Assembly (NCBI GenBank): GCA_964604995.1
Contig: CAZSAD010000013.1
Location: 1-39,791, forward strand
DNA length: 39,791 nucleotides
Direction of reading: 5' to 3'
Origin: an uncultured Methanosarcinales archaeon
GTDB taxonomy: Archaea; Nanobdellota; Nanobdellia; Woesearchaeales; JABMPP01
Part shown: piece after piece, positions 18,141 to 27,715 of the stretch
Layout of the letters: each line of letters begins with the position of its first letter
How positions within the stretch are numbered: the first letter of the stretch is position 1
Notes under the pieces: model-generated
Told to the model about the DNA's origin: nothing
The model's input: only the letters and a program-made list of their open reading frames with translations
The model's database searches: none
Program-made: the position numbers and the translations under genes

Positions 18141-19391
18141 TCATATAATTTTTTTAGCAACATATTCTTTGACTAATTTTAGATGTTTGCATTCTTGTTT
18201 ATTGTAATAAAACGAAGGACAATCACACCAATTGGTATTAAGGTCAACAAGATATGCCTTACCTTTTTCAGTTTGTGATAAGACATTAAATTTTTTATCC
18301 CCTAATTCAATAATTTCAGGTGTGATATTAATTTTAGAGATTTTTGATTCCTGTTTAAGTTTTTTATCAATATCTGAAAAAATACCTTCGATTAAACCGA
18401 TTTCTGATTTGGAAAGTCTTGCACCAATTTTTTCAACAACTTTTGCAGCAAGATAAGATCCAAGAAGACCTGATTTTTCTACAGATAGGTTATTTACTAT
18501 CCCATAAAGTATACCTGCAGCATAAGTGTCTCCGGCGCCAGTTGTATCCATTGCATTTGCTTTGAATCCTTGCACACGAAAAGTTTTATCTTGTGTCCTT
18601 ATAACTGAACCTTTTTCACCAATTTTAACAACTGCCATTTCACAGTATTTGCCCATTTCAACTGCTGCATCTTCCCCTTCAAAACCTGTAAATGCTTTAG
18701 CTTCAGTCTCATTTGCAAATAAGATATTCACATGTTTTTCAACAACATATTTCAAATCGTATAAATTAGATTTTATAACATTAGGATCAGCCAAATCAAG
18801 TGCAATTTTAGTCCCGTGTTTTTCTGCAATCTCCATGAATTTTAAGCACGTCTTTCTTAGATGTTCATCAATTAATTCATATGCTGTTAAATAGAGTATT
18901 TTACTATTTTTTATATCATCCTCTAAAATATCTTCATATCCGATTTTAGATGCAACACCCAAATGAACTGCAAATGTTCTTTGGGAATCTGGGGTAATTA
19001 GTGTCATTGCTCTTCCAGTAATCCCTTCTTTTTTAGCAATTTTTGAAAGTACCCCATATTCATTCATTTTTTTCTCGTAAATTTCCCCATGATTATCTTT
19101 TCCAACTGTTCCACAAAATACAACATTGCAACCAAGAAGTGCAAGACATGAAAGTGTATTAGCAGATGCTCCGCCTGGTTCAAGTATCATCTCATGCCCG
19201 AGTAGATTATCCTCTATCTTTTTAATAGTAAAACTATCAACCAAACTCATTGTTCCTTTATCAAGTTTAAGTGTTAAAAATTTTTCATCATTAACTTTAA
19301 CTAAAATATCCATTAATGCATTTCCAATTGTTATAACATCAAATTTCTTGTTGTCTTCAATTTTTAAACTGCTTGAGGGTTCATCTGCCAT
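18141..19391 (-). CDS. PfkB family (adenosine kinase-like) kinase with C-terminal SWIM zinc finger
   Basis: GNALMD, PGGASANT, FANETEA, DTTGAGDTYAAG; C-terminal WCDCPSF..ECKH. Confidence 0.9.
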   Translation of the reverse strand: MADEPSSSLKIEDNKKFDVITIGNALMDILVKVNDEKFLTLKLDKGTMSLVDSFTIKKIEDNLLGHEMILEPGGASANTLSCLALLGCNVVFCGTVGKDNHGEIYEKKMNEYGVLSKIAKKEGITGRAMTLITPDSQRTFAVHLGVASKIGYEDILEDDIKNSKILYLTAYELIDEHLRKTCLKFMEIAEKHGTKIALDLADPNVIKSNLYDLKYVVEKHVNILFANETEAKAFTGFEGEDAAVEMGKYCEMAVVKIGEKGSVIRTQDKTFRVQGFKANAMDTTGAGDTYAAGILYGIVNNLSVEKSGLLGSYLAAKVVEKIGARLSKSEIGLIEGIFSDIDKKLKQESKISKINITPEIIELGDKKFNVLSQTEKGKAYLVDLNTNWCDCPSFYYNKQECKHLKLVKEYVAKKII

Positions 19392-19461
19392 ATTAAGACG
19401 ATAAAATCAACCCCTAAATAAAAAGATAAGCTTTTTAATAAAAAGAGCGTAACTTAAAACT

Positions 19462-20799
19462 ATGAAAAAGACAGGTGCGAAATTAGGTAAGAGATTAACT
19501 AAAAGCAAGGAATTACCTAAGAAATTGGCTAAAAAAAAGAGTAATAACTTTGCATTCTTAGAAGATGTTAAAAAAGATTTAAAGCCCAACACCGAAGTTT
19601 ATTCTGATGTTAATGAAATGCTTGGAAAAATTAATTTAACAATAAAAAAACTTAAAATAAAAGCAATAGCAGTTACTGGCGGATCAATTGCAAAGGGAAA
19701 TTACATCAATTACGACCATGACATAGATTTATTTGTAAAGTTCGATAAAAAGTATGATTCAACAAAATTGAGTGATTATCTAAAAAAAATAGTAGATAAG
19801 CTAAATCTTAAAGGCAATAAAGCTGAAAGAATACATGGCTCAAGAGATTATTTTAGAATAAAAGGAAGATATAACTTTGAAATTGTCCCGGTTTTGGATA
19901 TTAAAAAATGGGATGAATCAAAAAATGTAACAGATATGTCCCCATTGCATGTAAAATGGGTTTTAGGAATTACGAAGAAGAATCCTAAATTAAATGATGA
20001 AATAAGATTAACAAAACAATTTTGTAAAGCCCAAAATGTTTATGGAGCTGAATCTTATATCAAAGGTTTCTCAGGGCATGTTATTGATATAATTACAATA
20101 TATCATAAAAGTTTTCTTGGATTGATTAAAAGTGCATCAAAATGGAAAAAAGGTGAGGTAATAGATTATCACAATGCTCACAAAGGAAAAGCACTTTTTA
20201 ATTTAAACAAGTCAAAAATAGGACCATTAAATGTGATAGATCCAATAATGCCAGATAGAAATGCATCAGCTGCCATTAGCGAAGAAAGATTCTTAAAATT
20301 CATTGAAGTTTGTAATAAATTCTTAAAAAAACCATCAAAGGATTTCTTCGTCAAAAAAGAAGTATCCTCTGAAACACTCAAAGTCGAAAACAAAAATAAA
20401 AAAGTGATTTGCTTTAAAGTGAATTTAGCTAAAGGAAAAGAAGATATTATTGGTGCAAAATTAGTCCGAGCTTTAGAATATCTTAAAATGAAAGCTCAAA
20501 AAGAAGGATTTGACATAATAAATACGGCATGGAGCTGGGATAGAAAATTAGATGCAAAAATATTTTTTGTACTTGAAAAAGACAACTTGCCTACAATTGA
20601 AATTTTGCAAGGCCCGCCAATTAAAGCTATTGAACATGTCGCTAGATTTAAAAAAACTCATAAACAAACTTATATTAAATCAGGCAAACTTTTTGCCAAA
20701 GAAAAAAGACCTTATCCAAAATTTACGCAATTTATTTTAATGCAGTCGAAGGAAGATTTCTTCAAAGATAAGTTTGAAAGCATAAAAATTGATAATTAA
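19462..20799 (+). CDS. cca: Archaeal CCA-adding enzyme (class I)
   Basis: GGSIAKG..DHDIDLF, EIVP, DMSPLH, YGAESYIKGFSG, DP..RNASAA, GPP motifs. Confidence 0.93.
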   Translation: MKKTGAKLGKRLTKSKELPKKLAKKKSNNFAFLEDVKKDLKPNTEVYSDVNEMLGKINLTIKKLKIKAIAVTGGSIAKGNYINYDHDIDLFVKFDKKYDSTKLSDYLKKIVDKLNLKGNKAERIHGSRDYFRIKGRYNFEIVPVLDIKKWDESKNVTDMSPLHVKWVLGITKKNPKLNDEIRLTKQFCKAQNVYGAESYIKGFSGHVIDIITIYHKSFLGLIKSASKWKKGEVIDYHNAHKGKALFNLNKSKIGPLNVIDPIMPDRNASAAISEERFLKFIEVCNKFLKKPSKDFFVKKEVSSETLKVENKNKKVICFKVNLAKGKEDIIGAKLVRALEYLKMKAQKEGFDIINTAWSWDRKLDAKIFFVLEKDNLPTIEILQGPPIKAIEHVARFKKTHKQTYIKSGKLFAKEKRPYPKFTQFILMQSKEDFFKDKFESIKIDN

Positions 20800-20889
20800 G
20801 TTGAATTAGATTTAGTTTTATATAAAATTGAAAATTTATCTTTTTAATAAAAAAATTAATAAACCTATAAGTATATACTTGCATTTAAC

Positions 20890-21282
20890 GTGAAATTAAT
20901 TCAAAAAGCAATTGTAAAAAAGAATCATCAATTTTTAATCGTTCTAAGATCACCAAATGCAAAATTTTTTCCTGAGCATTGGGATTTCCCCGGTGGGAAA
21001 CTCGAATCAAATGAGGAACCTTTTGCAGGAGTTGAAAGAGAAGTCAATGAGGAAACAAGTCTCAAAGTAAAAGCACTAAAGGTTGTTGGAACTTATGAAA
21101 TGGAGCTAGGTTACAAAGGAGAAAAAATACCACATAGGTTCACCATTTATTCTACAGAAGTTATTTCTGGTGATGTCAAATTAAGCAATGAACATTTGGA
21201 ATATAAATGGGCAACAAAAGAAGAGATATTAAAATTAAAAATTGAACCATATATAAGATCATTTTTTGAAGAACATCCTTGA
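20890..21282 (+). CDS. NUDIX hydrolase
   Basis: WDFPGGKLESNEEPFAGVEREVNEETSL and LSNEH..YKW. Confidence 0.9.
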   Translation: MKLIQKAIVKKNHQFLIVLRSPNAKFFPEHWDFPGGKLESNEEPFAGVEREVNEETSLKVKALKVVGTYEMELGYKGEKIPHRFTIYSTEVISGDVKLSNEHLEYKWATKEEILKLKIEPYIRSFFEEHP

Positions 21283-21664
21283 TCATTTTTCCTTGTATTA
21301 TTTAGAGATTAAAATTCTTAAACAAAAAACATACTTTTGTGAGAATTGATTAATAAAATTTATCAGAATTATAAAAAAATTGGGAGAACAAAAAATAACT
21401 CCCTTTAGTCTTAGGTATTTAAACACTAGTTAAAACTTATTTATAAATATTGTGGTTATGAAAAATATACTTTTCCGTTATTCAAATGTGCAACTCCGAC
21501 GAAGTATTTCCAAATAAGGATTATAAATCCATATTCCTCTATATTTTAAAAATAAGGTATTTATTTTGTCGTCGCATAAAATTTTTCACATTTTTATTGC
21601 CATTTTGGCAAACTTTAGTAAACATAACAAAAGATTTAAATTGTGATTATAGTATTGAATAATT

Positions 21665-22360
21665 ATGCAAAATGTTGATTATTTTATGATAATTACGGGT
21701 TTAATCACTTTATTAATAAGCTTTTATCTAGACAACTTTTTTTTTGAATTATTCAAAAAAACAAAGAAACAAGAAATTCATAGCAAATTACTAAAATTGT
21801 TTTCAGTTATCTCCAATACTTTTTTTATAGCACTAGTTTTTGCAATTGTCTCTTATGTAGTATTTATAGAGAAAAACAATTTTGGATTAGGACAAGATGC
21901 TCTTTTATTTTTATGTATAGGGATATCTGGAATTTTAGTGTTAACTTATTTCATTAAAGTAGTTGTTGCAAGATCAAGACCAATAGCTAAAATGTATATC
22001 CCCCTCACTCATTTAAATGATTATAGCTTTCCGAGTTCACATTCAGCATTTGTTTTTGGGGTATTAGCTTTAATCCATGATGAATTATATATTACCAAAA
22101 CATTATGGTTAATGTTTGCAATATTAGTTGCAATAAGCAGGATATATTTAGAAAAGCATTATTTAAGTGATGTTGCTGCAGGAGCTTTGCTTGGTTATTT
22201 TGCAGGTATGGTTGCATTAAGAACAAAAGATATCAACTTAATAATAATTTCAACAGTGATCATATTTTTTATTATGTTGCTACTTGGTAAAATGTTTAAA
22301 AAAAGAGAAACTTACGCTGAAAAAAATAACTCCGAAGTTAAAGAAATTATAAAAAATTGA
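21665..22360 (+). CDS. PAP2 family membrane phosphatase
   Basis: K..VARSRP, SFPSSH and SRIYLEKHYLSDV motifs. Confidence 0.92.
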   Translation: MQNVDYFMIITGLITLLISFYLDNFFFELFKKTKKQEIHSKLLKLFSVISNTFFIALVFAIVSYVVFIEKNNFGLGQDALLFLCIGISGILVLTYFIKVVVARSRPIAKMYIPLTHLNDYSFPSSHSAFVFGVLALIHDELYITKTLWLMFAILVAISRIYLEKHYLSDVAAGALLGYFAGMVALRTKDINLIIISTVIIFFIMLLLGKMFKKRETYAEKNNSEVKEIIKN

Positions 22361-22412
22361 GAGTATTAAATATTATAAAAAATTAAAAACTTATTAAAAA
22401 GAAAAGGCAAAG

Positions 22413-23093
22413 ATGACAACAAAAAACAATTTGGAAATTAGAAGAAAAGCTGTACATATTTTTTGTGGTATTTTTACTGCAATTTTTTATTATTTTGGAT
22501 TTATAAAATGGAGTTATGTTTTAGCATTAGTAATTGTAGGTGGCATATTTAGTTATTTGATAAAAGTTAGAAACAATCCTGCTAATTACATACACAAAAA
22601 ATGGTTTTTGATTAATCCTTTTATGCGATGGTGGATTAGAGGCCACCATATACCAATAGTAGACAATATGCTAGATAATTTTGAAAGAGATGAATGCAAA
22701 AAAACTTTTCCAGGAAAAGGTGCATTATTCTTGTTTATAGGTATGTTATTATCTATGATTTTATTTGATGTTTGGCTTGGCTACAAAGATATTGCAATTG
22801 CATCAATAATGATATTAACTTTAGGAGATTCAGTTTCTGCTTTGCTTGGACCATTTGGTAATATTCCCCACCCACTAAATAAAGTAAAATTAATAGAAGG
22901 TACAATAGCTGGAATAATTGCAGGGTATGTTGGTGCCGTTATATTTGTAAGCCCAATAGAAGCCTTGCTTGGTAGCACAGTTGCAATGCTAGTAGAAGCA
23001 TTAGATTTAAAATTTTCAAAAATAAAACTGGATGATAATATTTTGGTACCATTAATTGCAGGAATTGTGATGCTAATTGTTAGAGGATTTTAA
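22413..23093 (+). CDS. Dolichol/phytol kinase family (CTP-dependent polyprenol kinase)
   Basis: RRKAVH, LGDSVSALLG, K.IEGT and DDNILVP motifs. Confidence 0.88.
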   Translation: MTTKNNLEIRRKAVHIFCGIFTAIFYYFGFIKWSYVLALVIVGGIFSYLIKVRNNPANYIHKKWFLINPFMRWWIRGHHIPIVDNMLDNFERDECKKTFPGKGALFLFIGMLLSMILFDVWLGYKDIAIASIMILTLGDSVSALLGPFGNIPHPLNKVKLIEGTIAGIIAGYVGAVIFVSPIEALLGSTVAMLVEALDLKFSKIKLDDNILVPLIAGIVMLIVRGF

Positions 23094-23094
23094 A

Positions 23095-23418
23095 ATGAAA
23101 GATAAGAATGATATAATTATTGACAAAAGAAAGATTGATGATAAACTTTTAGATAAATATTTTGATGTGACTAGAAGAGCACTAAAAAAAGTAAAAATTA
23201 CAAAGTCAGGAAAAATAGACTGGGAAAAATCAGGAGTTGACTTTTTAGATATGGCACAGCGCTACTTTGATGATGCATTATATTTTAGAAAAAAAGAAGA
23301 TTATACAACTGCTTTTGCTGCATTAAATTATGCACATGGCTGGCTTGATGCTGGCGCAAGATTAGGCTTATTTGATGTTGGTAAAGACAATAAATTGTTT
23401 ACTGTCGACGATGAATAA
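23095..23418 (+). CDS. DUF357 family protein
   Basis: DFLDMAQRYFDDALYF..D.TTAFAALNYAHGWLDAGARLG. Confidence 0.88.
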   Translation: MKDKNDIIIDKRKIDDKLLDKYFDVTRRALKKVKITKSGKIDWEKSGVDFLDMAQRYFDDALYFRKKEDYTTAFAALNYAHGWLDAGARLGLFDVGKDNKLFTVDDE

Positions 23419-23432
23419 TACTTAGAGGGATT

Positions 23433-25481
23433 ATGACTGACATAGATGAATTAATACCACTTGTAAATAAAGAGATGATTGATTATTTTGAATATTCTTT
23501 TAATGCCCATAATAAAAATATCAAATTAAGAATTTGTTATGATTTATACAAAGAAGATCATTTTTTTAAAGATTTAAGAGAAGTGATGGGGCGACAAGTT
23601 GGTTACAAGTCAGAAGAATTAACATCAAAAAAATTAGAAAAAGAATTAACTTTTGATATTATTGCAAAAAAATGGCTAGAGAGAAAAGGGCAAAACACAA
23701 TAATTAGTTATAATCAATATAAAGAAATAAACAGATCAGTTGTTATTCAAGCATTTGTAAAATTTGTAAATGATGTGCCTGAAAGCATATTACATGCCAA
23801 AAAAGAGTATTTACTAAATTTGTGGATAGATAGAGAACCTGGTATGCCTTATGAAGGGGTATTTTTTGAAGAGCATTCATCTAATGAAAAAGCAGTTTTT
23901 TCATTAACTGGAACTTGGCTTATTTGGTCTATAATTTTACCAACATTTTACTTTAAATTTTCTTATAAAATTGTAAGCGAAAGATGTTTGTATAAATATT
24001 TAATACATGAATTTAGACATGTTATTGACGATGCAAATAGAAAATTTGCTAAACAAGATGAAATAGAAAATGCATTCAAATGGTATGATTCAAGAAACAA
24101 ATTTGGCATGCTAAAGCAGCAAGCATTATTCTTTGAAACTTTAAGAGCCGAAGCAACAGCAGAATTTACAGATAAAATGGATGCAAATTTTTATGGAATG
24201 AAATCCAAAGTGAAAACTCCAACTGAAAAAGGATATGCAATTGAATTTTCAAAAGAAGGTATTTACGATTTTAGAAAAAACATCTATAAATTATCAAAAG
24301 CAAAAAATTCAGATGATGCTGAAAAAATATACAGCCAGTACATTGACCCAACTGGATTAGAAGATTCACAACTTAACCGTCTTGAAAAGAAAGGTTATGA
24401 ATATAAACATTTCATGTATAGAACAGGAGTTTATCCAATGTCAAGACTTATGTGTTATACAATTGCTTTAGCATTTCAATTAGAATCTGACTGGAAAAAT
24501 TATAACAATTATCAAATGTTTCACAACAAAGAGTCAGCTTATGCATTCAAAGATTTTTCAATTTGTATAAAGGAATCGAAAGATTCAGAATTGATATTTA
24601 TTAGATCTTTAAACCAAAGTATGCTAAGAAAAGCACTAGATCTTATTTCTCAAAAAAATTGGCAGGATTTTATTAAACTCTATGAGCATGCTTGTGATAT
24701 TTTAAAAATTGAAGAAAAAGATAGAGTAATAACCTGGAAAATAGTAGAGGAAACTTCTTCTTATGCTCTAAAAATTTGGAACAAAAAATTTAAAGATTTA
24801 ATCAAAACTGAAAAAATTAAACCTGTGATTTTAAGATTTGATAATAGTAATACCTCAAAAAATACACCAAAACTTCCCAATAATATAATTAATAATCCAT
24901 TGAATAAAAATATAAAAAATATTGTTGTAATGGGAGGTTGTGTCGGTGGATTTGATGCAATGGAATATGCACTTTTGCATCTAAATTTACAGAAAAGTAT
25001 TGTCATACTAGTTTCACATCTGGGCCCGCAAGGTTTTATTAGAACAATGAAAGAAAAAAAGATTAATGTGGAGTTTGTAAAAGACTTCAATTCAGTATCT
25101 TTTAATGTTCCAAGTAAAATATTTATCGTTGGTGATCCCAATTCTTTGAATGTTCCGGGAAATTATATTGTTGATTTTGTTATGGGTAAAATAGCCAAAC
25201 AGTATAAGCAACATTCAATTGGAGTAATACTAAGTGGTGGAGGAAAAGATGGTTCATCTGGATTAGTTATTATCCAAAAATTAGGAGGTAAAACATTTAT
25301 ACAAATGGAACCTAATTCTTTATATCAATCTTCAATTCAGCTTAAGGATTGGGACAATCCAAATTTTGAAGTTACTTTTTCATGTGAAATGCCTCTTTTC
25401 GCACTAAGGGTTATAAAAAATCCCACATTTTCTGGTCCAATGCCAAAATTAGTTGAAGAACTCAATAAAGTTTTAGAATAA
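23433..25481 (+). CDS. Fusion: HExxH zincin-like domain plus C-terminal CheB-type methylesterase domain
   Basis: LIHEFRH (aa 192-196) and downstream EATAE; C-terminal VVMGGCVGG, SHL, GVILSGGGKDG..GL..GGKTFIQ, MP. Confidence 0.7.
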   Translation: MTDIDELIPLVNKEMIDYFEYSFNAHNKNIKLRICYDLYKEDHFFKDLREVMGRQVGYKSEELTSKKLEKELTFDIIAKKWLERKGQNTIISYNQYKEINRSVVIQAFVKFVNDVPESILHAKKEYLLNLWIDREPGMPYEGVFFEEHSSNEKAVFSLTGTWLIWSIILPTFYFKFSYKIVSERCLYKYLIHEFRHVIDDANRKFAKQDEIENAFKWYDSRNKFGMLKQQALFFETLRAEATAEFTDKMDANFYGMKSKVKTPTEKGYAIEFSKEGIYDFRKNIYKLSKAKNSDDAEKIYSQYIDPTGLEDSQLNRLEKKGYEYKHFMYRTGVYPMSRLMCYTIALAFQLESDWKNYNNYQMFHNKESAYAFKDFSICIKESKDSELIFIRSLNQSMLRKALDLISQKNWQDFIKLYEHACDILKIEEKDRVITWKIVEETSSYALKIWNKKFKDLIKTEKIKPVILRFDNSNTSKNTPKLPNNIINNPLNKNIKNIVVMGGCVGGFDAMEYALLHLNLQKSIVILVSHLGPQGFIRTMKEKKINVEFVKDFNSVSFNVPSKIFIVGDPNSLNVPGNYIVDFVMGKIAKQYKQHSIGVILSGGGKDGSSGLVIIQKLGGKTFIQMEPNSLYQSSIQLKDWDNPNFEVTFSCEMPLFALRVIKNPTFSGPMPKLVEELNKVLE

Positions 25482-25516
25482 TAAGGAGGAGGATATAATA
25501 ATTACAATAATTATCA

Positions 25517-26521
25517 TTACTTACTTTCTATTTTTTCAATTTTTGGATAAGTGCCTACATTCATAAAAACACTTTCAATTTTAACAGCAAGTCCTTTTTT
25601 GTTTTTTTCAATATCTGCGCCTGTTAGAAGTGCTTTTCCAAAAGCAATGAATTCACCTTTTTGAGTCATCATTGCAACTAATGCATCTTTTTCAAAGCCA
25701 GTTTCAAATTTAACAATTCCAGGTATTGCCAAATGTGCACCATGACAAAGTGCATCAACTGCAGTATCTAAAACAACAATTTTTGGAAGATGAAATACTC
25801 CAACTTCTATTGGTTTGATGCAATGTCTAATAAATTTATCATTCCCTTCATTTTTCCAAAGCCAGTATGCATCTGCTAAATCTTGTAAAGTAACACAATC
25901 TAATTCATTAAAATGCCCAACTTTAGTTCTTCTAAGTTCCCACATCTGTGCACCACAACCAAGTGCTTGACCAATATCATGACATAGCTTTCTAATGTAA
26001 GTTCCAGCTTGTGTTCCAACTTTAAATAAAATATCTGACCCATTGATTTCTAGAATTTCAAAATAATAAACTCTTCTGTATCTAACTGCTCTTTTAACAT
26101 TGCTTCTAACAGGAGGCAATTGTTTGATTTTGCCTGTAAAATTTGTAACAACTTCTCTTAATCTTTTTTCATCAACTGTTTTATGCAAATGCATAACTCC
26201 AATATACTCTTTTCCTTCAATTAAAAGTGCTTGTACAACTCTTGTTGCTTTTCCAGTAGCTATTGGTAATATACCCGTTACATTTGGATCCAAAGTTCCA
26301 GAATGCCCACTTTTTTTTAAACCAAGTACTTTTTGTGCGTAATAGCTAACCTGGTGACTTGTAGGTCCAGCTGGCTTGTCCAAATTAATAATACCATATT
26401 CTATTAGCTGTTCAACTGGTCTTAAATTAGGATCCTGCCCGTATTTTGGAGAGGTTGTAGCATTTGGAATTTTGATTATTGTTTCGCGTTTTACCTTTTC
26501 AATTGGTAGTAAAGTATCCAT
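25517..26521 (-). CDS. cbf5: H/ACA pseudouridine synthase Cbf5
   Basis: LDKPAGPTSHQV, GHSGTLDPNVTG, QLPPVRS, GTYIRKLCHD, PUA domain. Confidence 0.96.
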   Translation of the reverse strand: MDTLLPIEKVKRETIIKIPNATTSPKYGQDPNLRPVEQLIEYGIINLDKPAGPTSHQVSYYAQKVLGLKKSGHSGTLDPNVTGILPIATGKATRVVQALLIEGKEYIGVMHLHKTVDEKRLREVVTNFTGKIKQLPPVRSNVKRAVRYRRVYYFEILEINGSDILFKVGTQAGTYIRKLCHDIGQALGCGAQMWELRRTKVGHFNELDCVTLQDLADAYWLWKNEGNDKFIRHCIKPIEVGVFHLPKIVVLDTAVDALCHGAHLAIPGIVKFETGFEKDALVAMMTQKGEFIAFGKALLTGADIEKNKKGLAVKIESVFMNVGTYPKIEKIESK

Positions 26522-26692
26522 AAAAGTGTGAAGTTTATGATTCTTAATAAACTTAACTTGTTTATTGCCTGTTTATTGTAAAAAACAAGGAATTTAAAAC
26601 AAGAAATTTATTATCCTAAAAAAGCAAAGGGGATAAATTTTTATATCAGTTTTTTTTAATGCTTATTTGAGGTTTATTATTTGGTGTTTATT

Positions 26693-27547
26693 ATGACTGC
26701 AAAAATTATTGACGGAAAAGCAATTGCTGATAAAATTCGTGAAGATTTAAAGAAAAAAATAGCTAAATTAAAAGAAAAACCTTCTCTTGCAATAATTCAA
26801 GTTGGTAATAATCCTTCTTCTGCTGTATATATTCATAGAAAAATATTAGCTGGTAATGATATAGGCATCAAAATGCAACATATCAAATTACTAGATGATG
26901 TTACAATAGAAGATTTGCTGCAAAAGATAGATGAATTAAATCAAGATCAAAAAGTAAATGGAATTATTGTTCAAATGCCAATACCTAATCATCTTGATAA
27001 TTTTTTAGTTATTGATGCAATTTTACCCTCTAAAGATGTTGATGGTTTTCACCCAATGAATATGGGATCATTAATAATTGGTTCTGCTAGATTTATTCCA
27101 GCAACAGCCAAAGGAATACTTAAATTAATTGAATCAACTAATCAAGATCTTTCTGGCAAACATGCTGTGATTGTTGGAAGAAGTAATATTGTTGGAAAAC
27201 CAATTTCATACCTTTTACTTCAAAAACATTGTACTGTAACTATATGCCATTCTCAAACTAAAAATTTAGCTGATTATACAAAGCAAGCAGATATTTTAGT
27301 TGTAGCTGTAGGAAAACCAAGCACGCTTAAAGCAAATATGATTAAAGAAGGTGCAATTGTAATTGATGTTGGAACAACTAAAGTGGGCAATGATTTAATA
27401 GGTGATGTTGATTTTGACAATGCAAAAGAAGTTGCTGGATGGATAACTAAAGTCCCAGGTGGTGTTGGACCAATGACTGTAACAATGTTACTTGAAAATA
27501 CTTATGAAGCTTATGCAAATAATCCTTTAAAACCAATATATAAATAA
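26693..27547 (+). CDS. folD: Methylenetetrahydrofolate dehydrogenase/cyclohydrolase
   Basis: IIDGK, KDVDGFHP, GRSNIVGKP, VIDVG, VPGGVGPMT; ATG at 26693. Confidence 0.96.
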   Translation: MTAKIIDGKAIADKIREDLKKKIAKLKEKPSLAIIQVGNNPSSAVYIHRKILAGNDIGIKMQHIKLLDDVTIEDLLQKIDELNQDQKVNGIIVQMPIPNHLDNFLVIDAILPSKDVDGFHPMNMGSLIIGSARFIPATAKGILKLIESTNQDLSGKHAVIVGRSNIVGKPISYLLLQKHCTVTICHSQTKNLADYTKQADILVVAVGKPSTLKANMIKEGAIVIDVGTTKVGNDLIGDVDFDNAKEVAGWITKVPGGVGPMTVTMLLENTYEAYANNPLKPIYK

Positions 27548-27715
27548 ACATAAGTAAAAATTGACAGTAAAAATTAAAAAAACAAATATGATTAAAATGC
27601 AATAAAAATTTCTTAGATTTAATTATAATATTTGGTGAATAACAAATAAACCAAAGTAATTATATAGAAAAATATTTATAACGCCAAGGCTAGATTCATC
27701 TAAAAGAGGTATAAT

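Noticed and set aside
21283..21596. Long intergenic region as possible ncRNA or pseudogene
   Set aside because: Only very short ORFs and no convincing stable structure were found by eye
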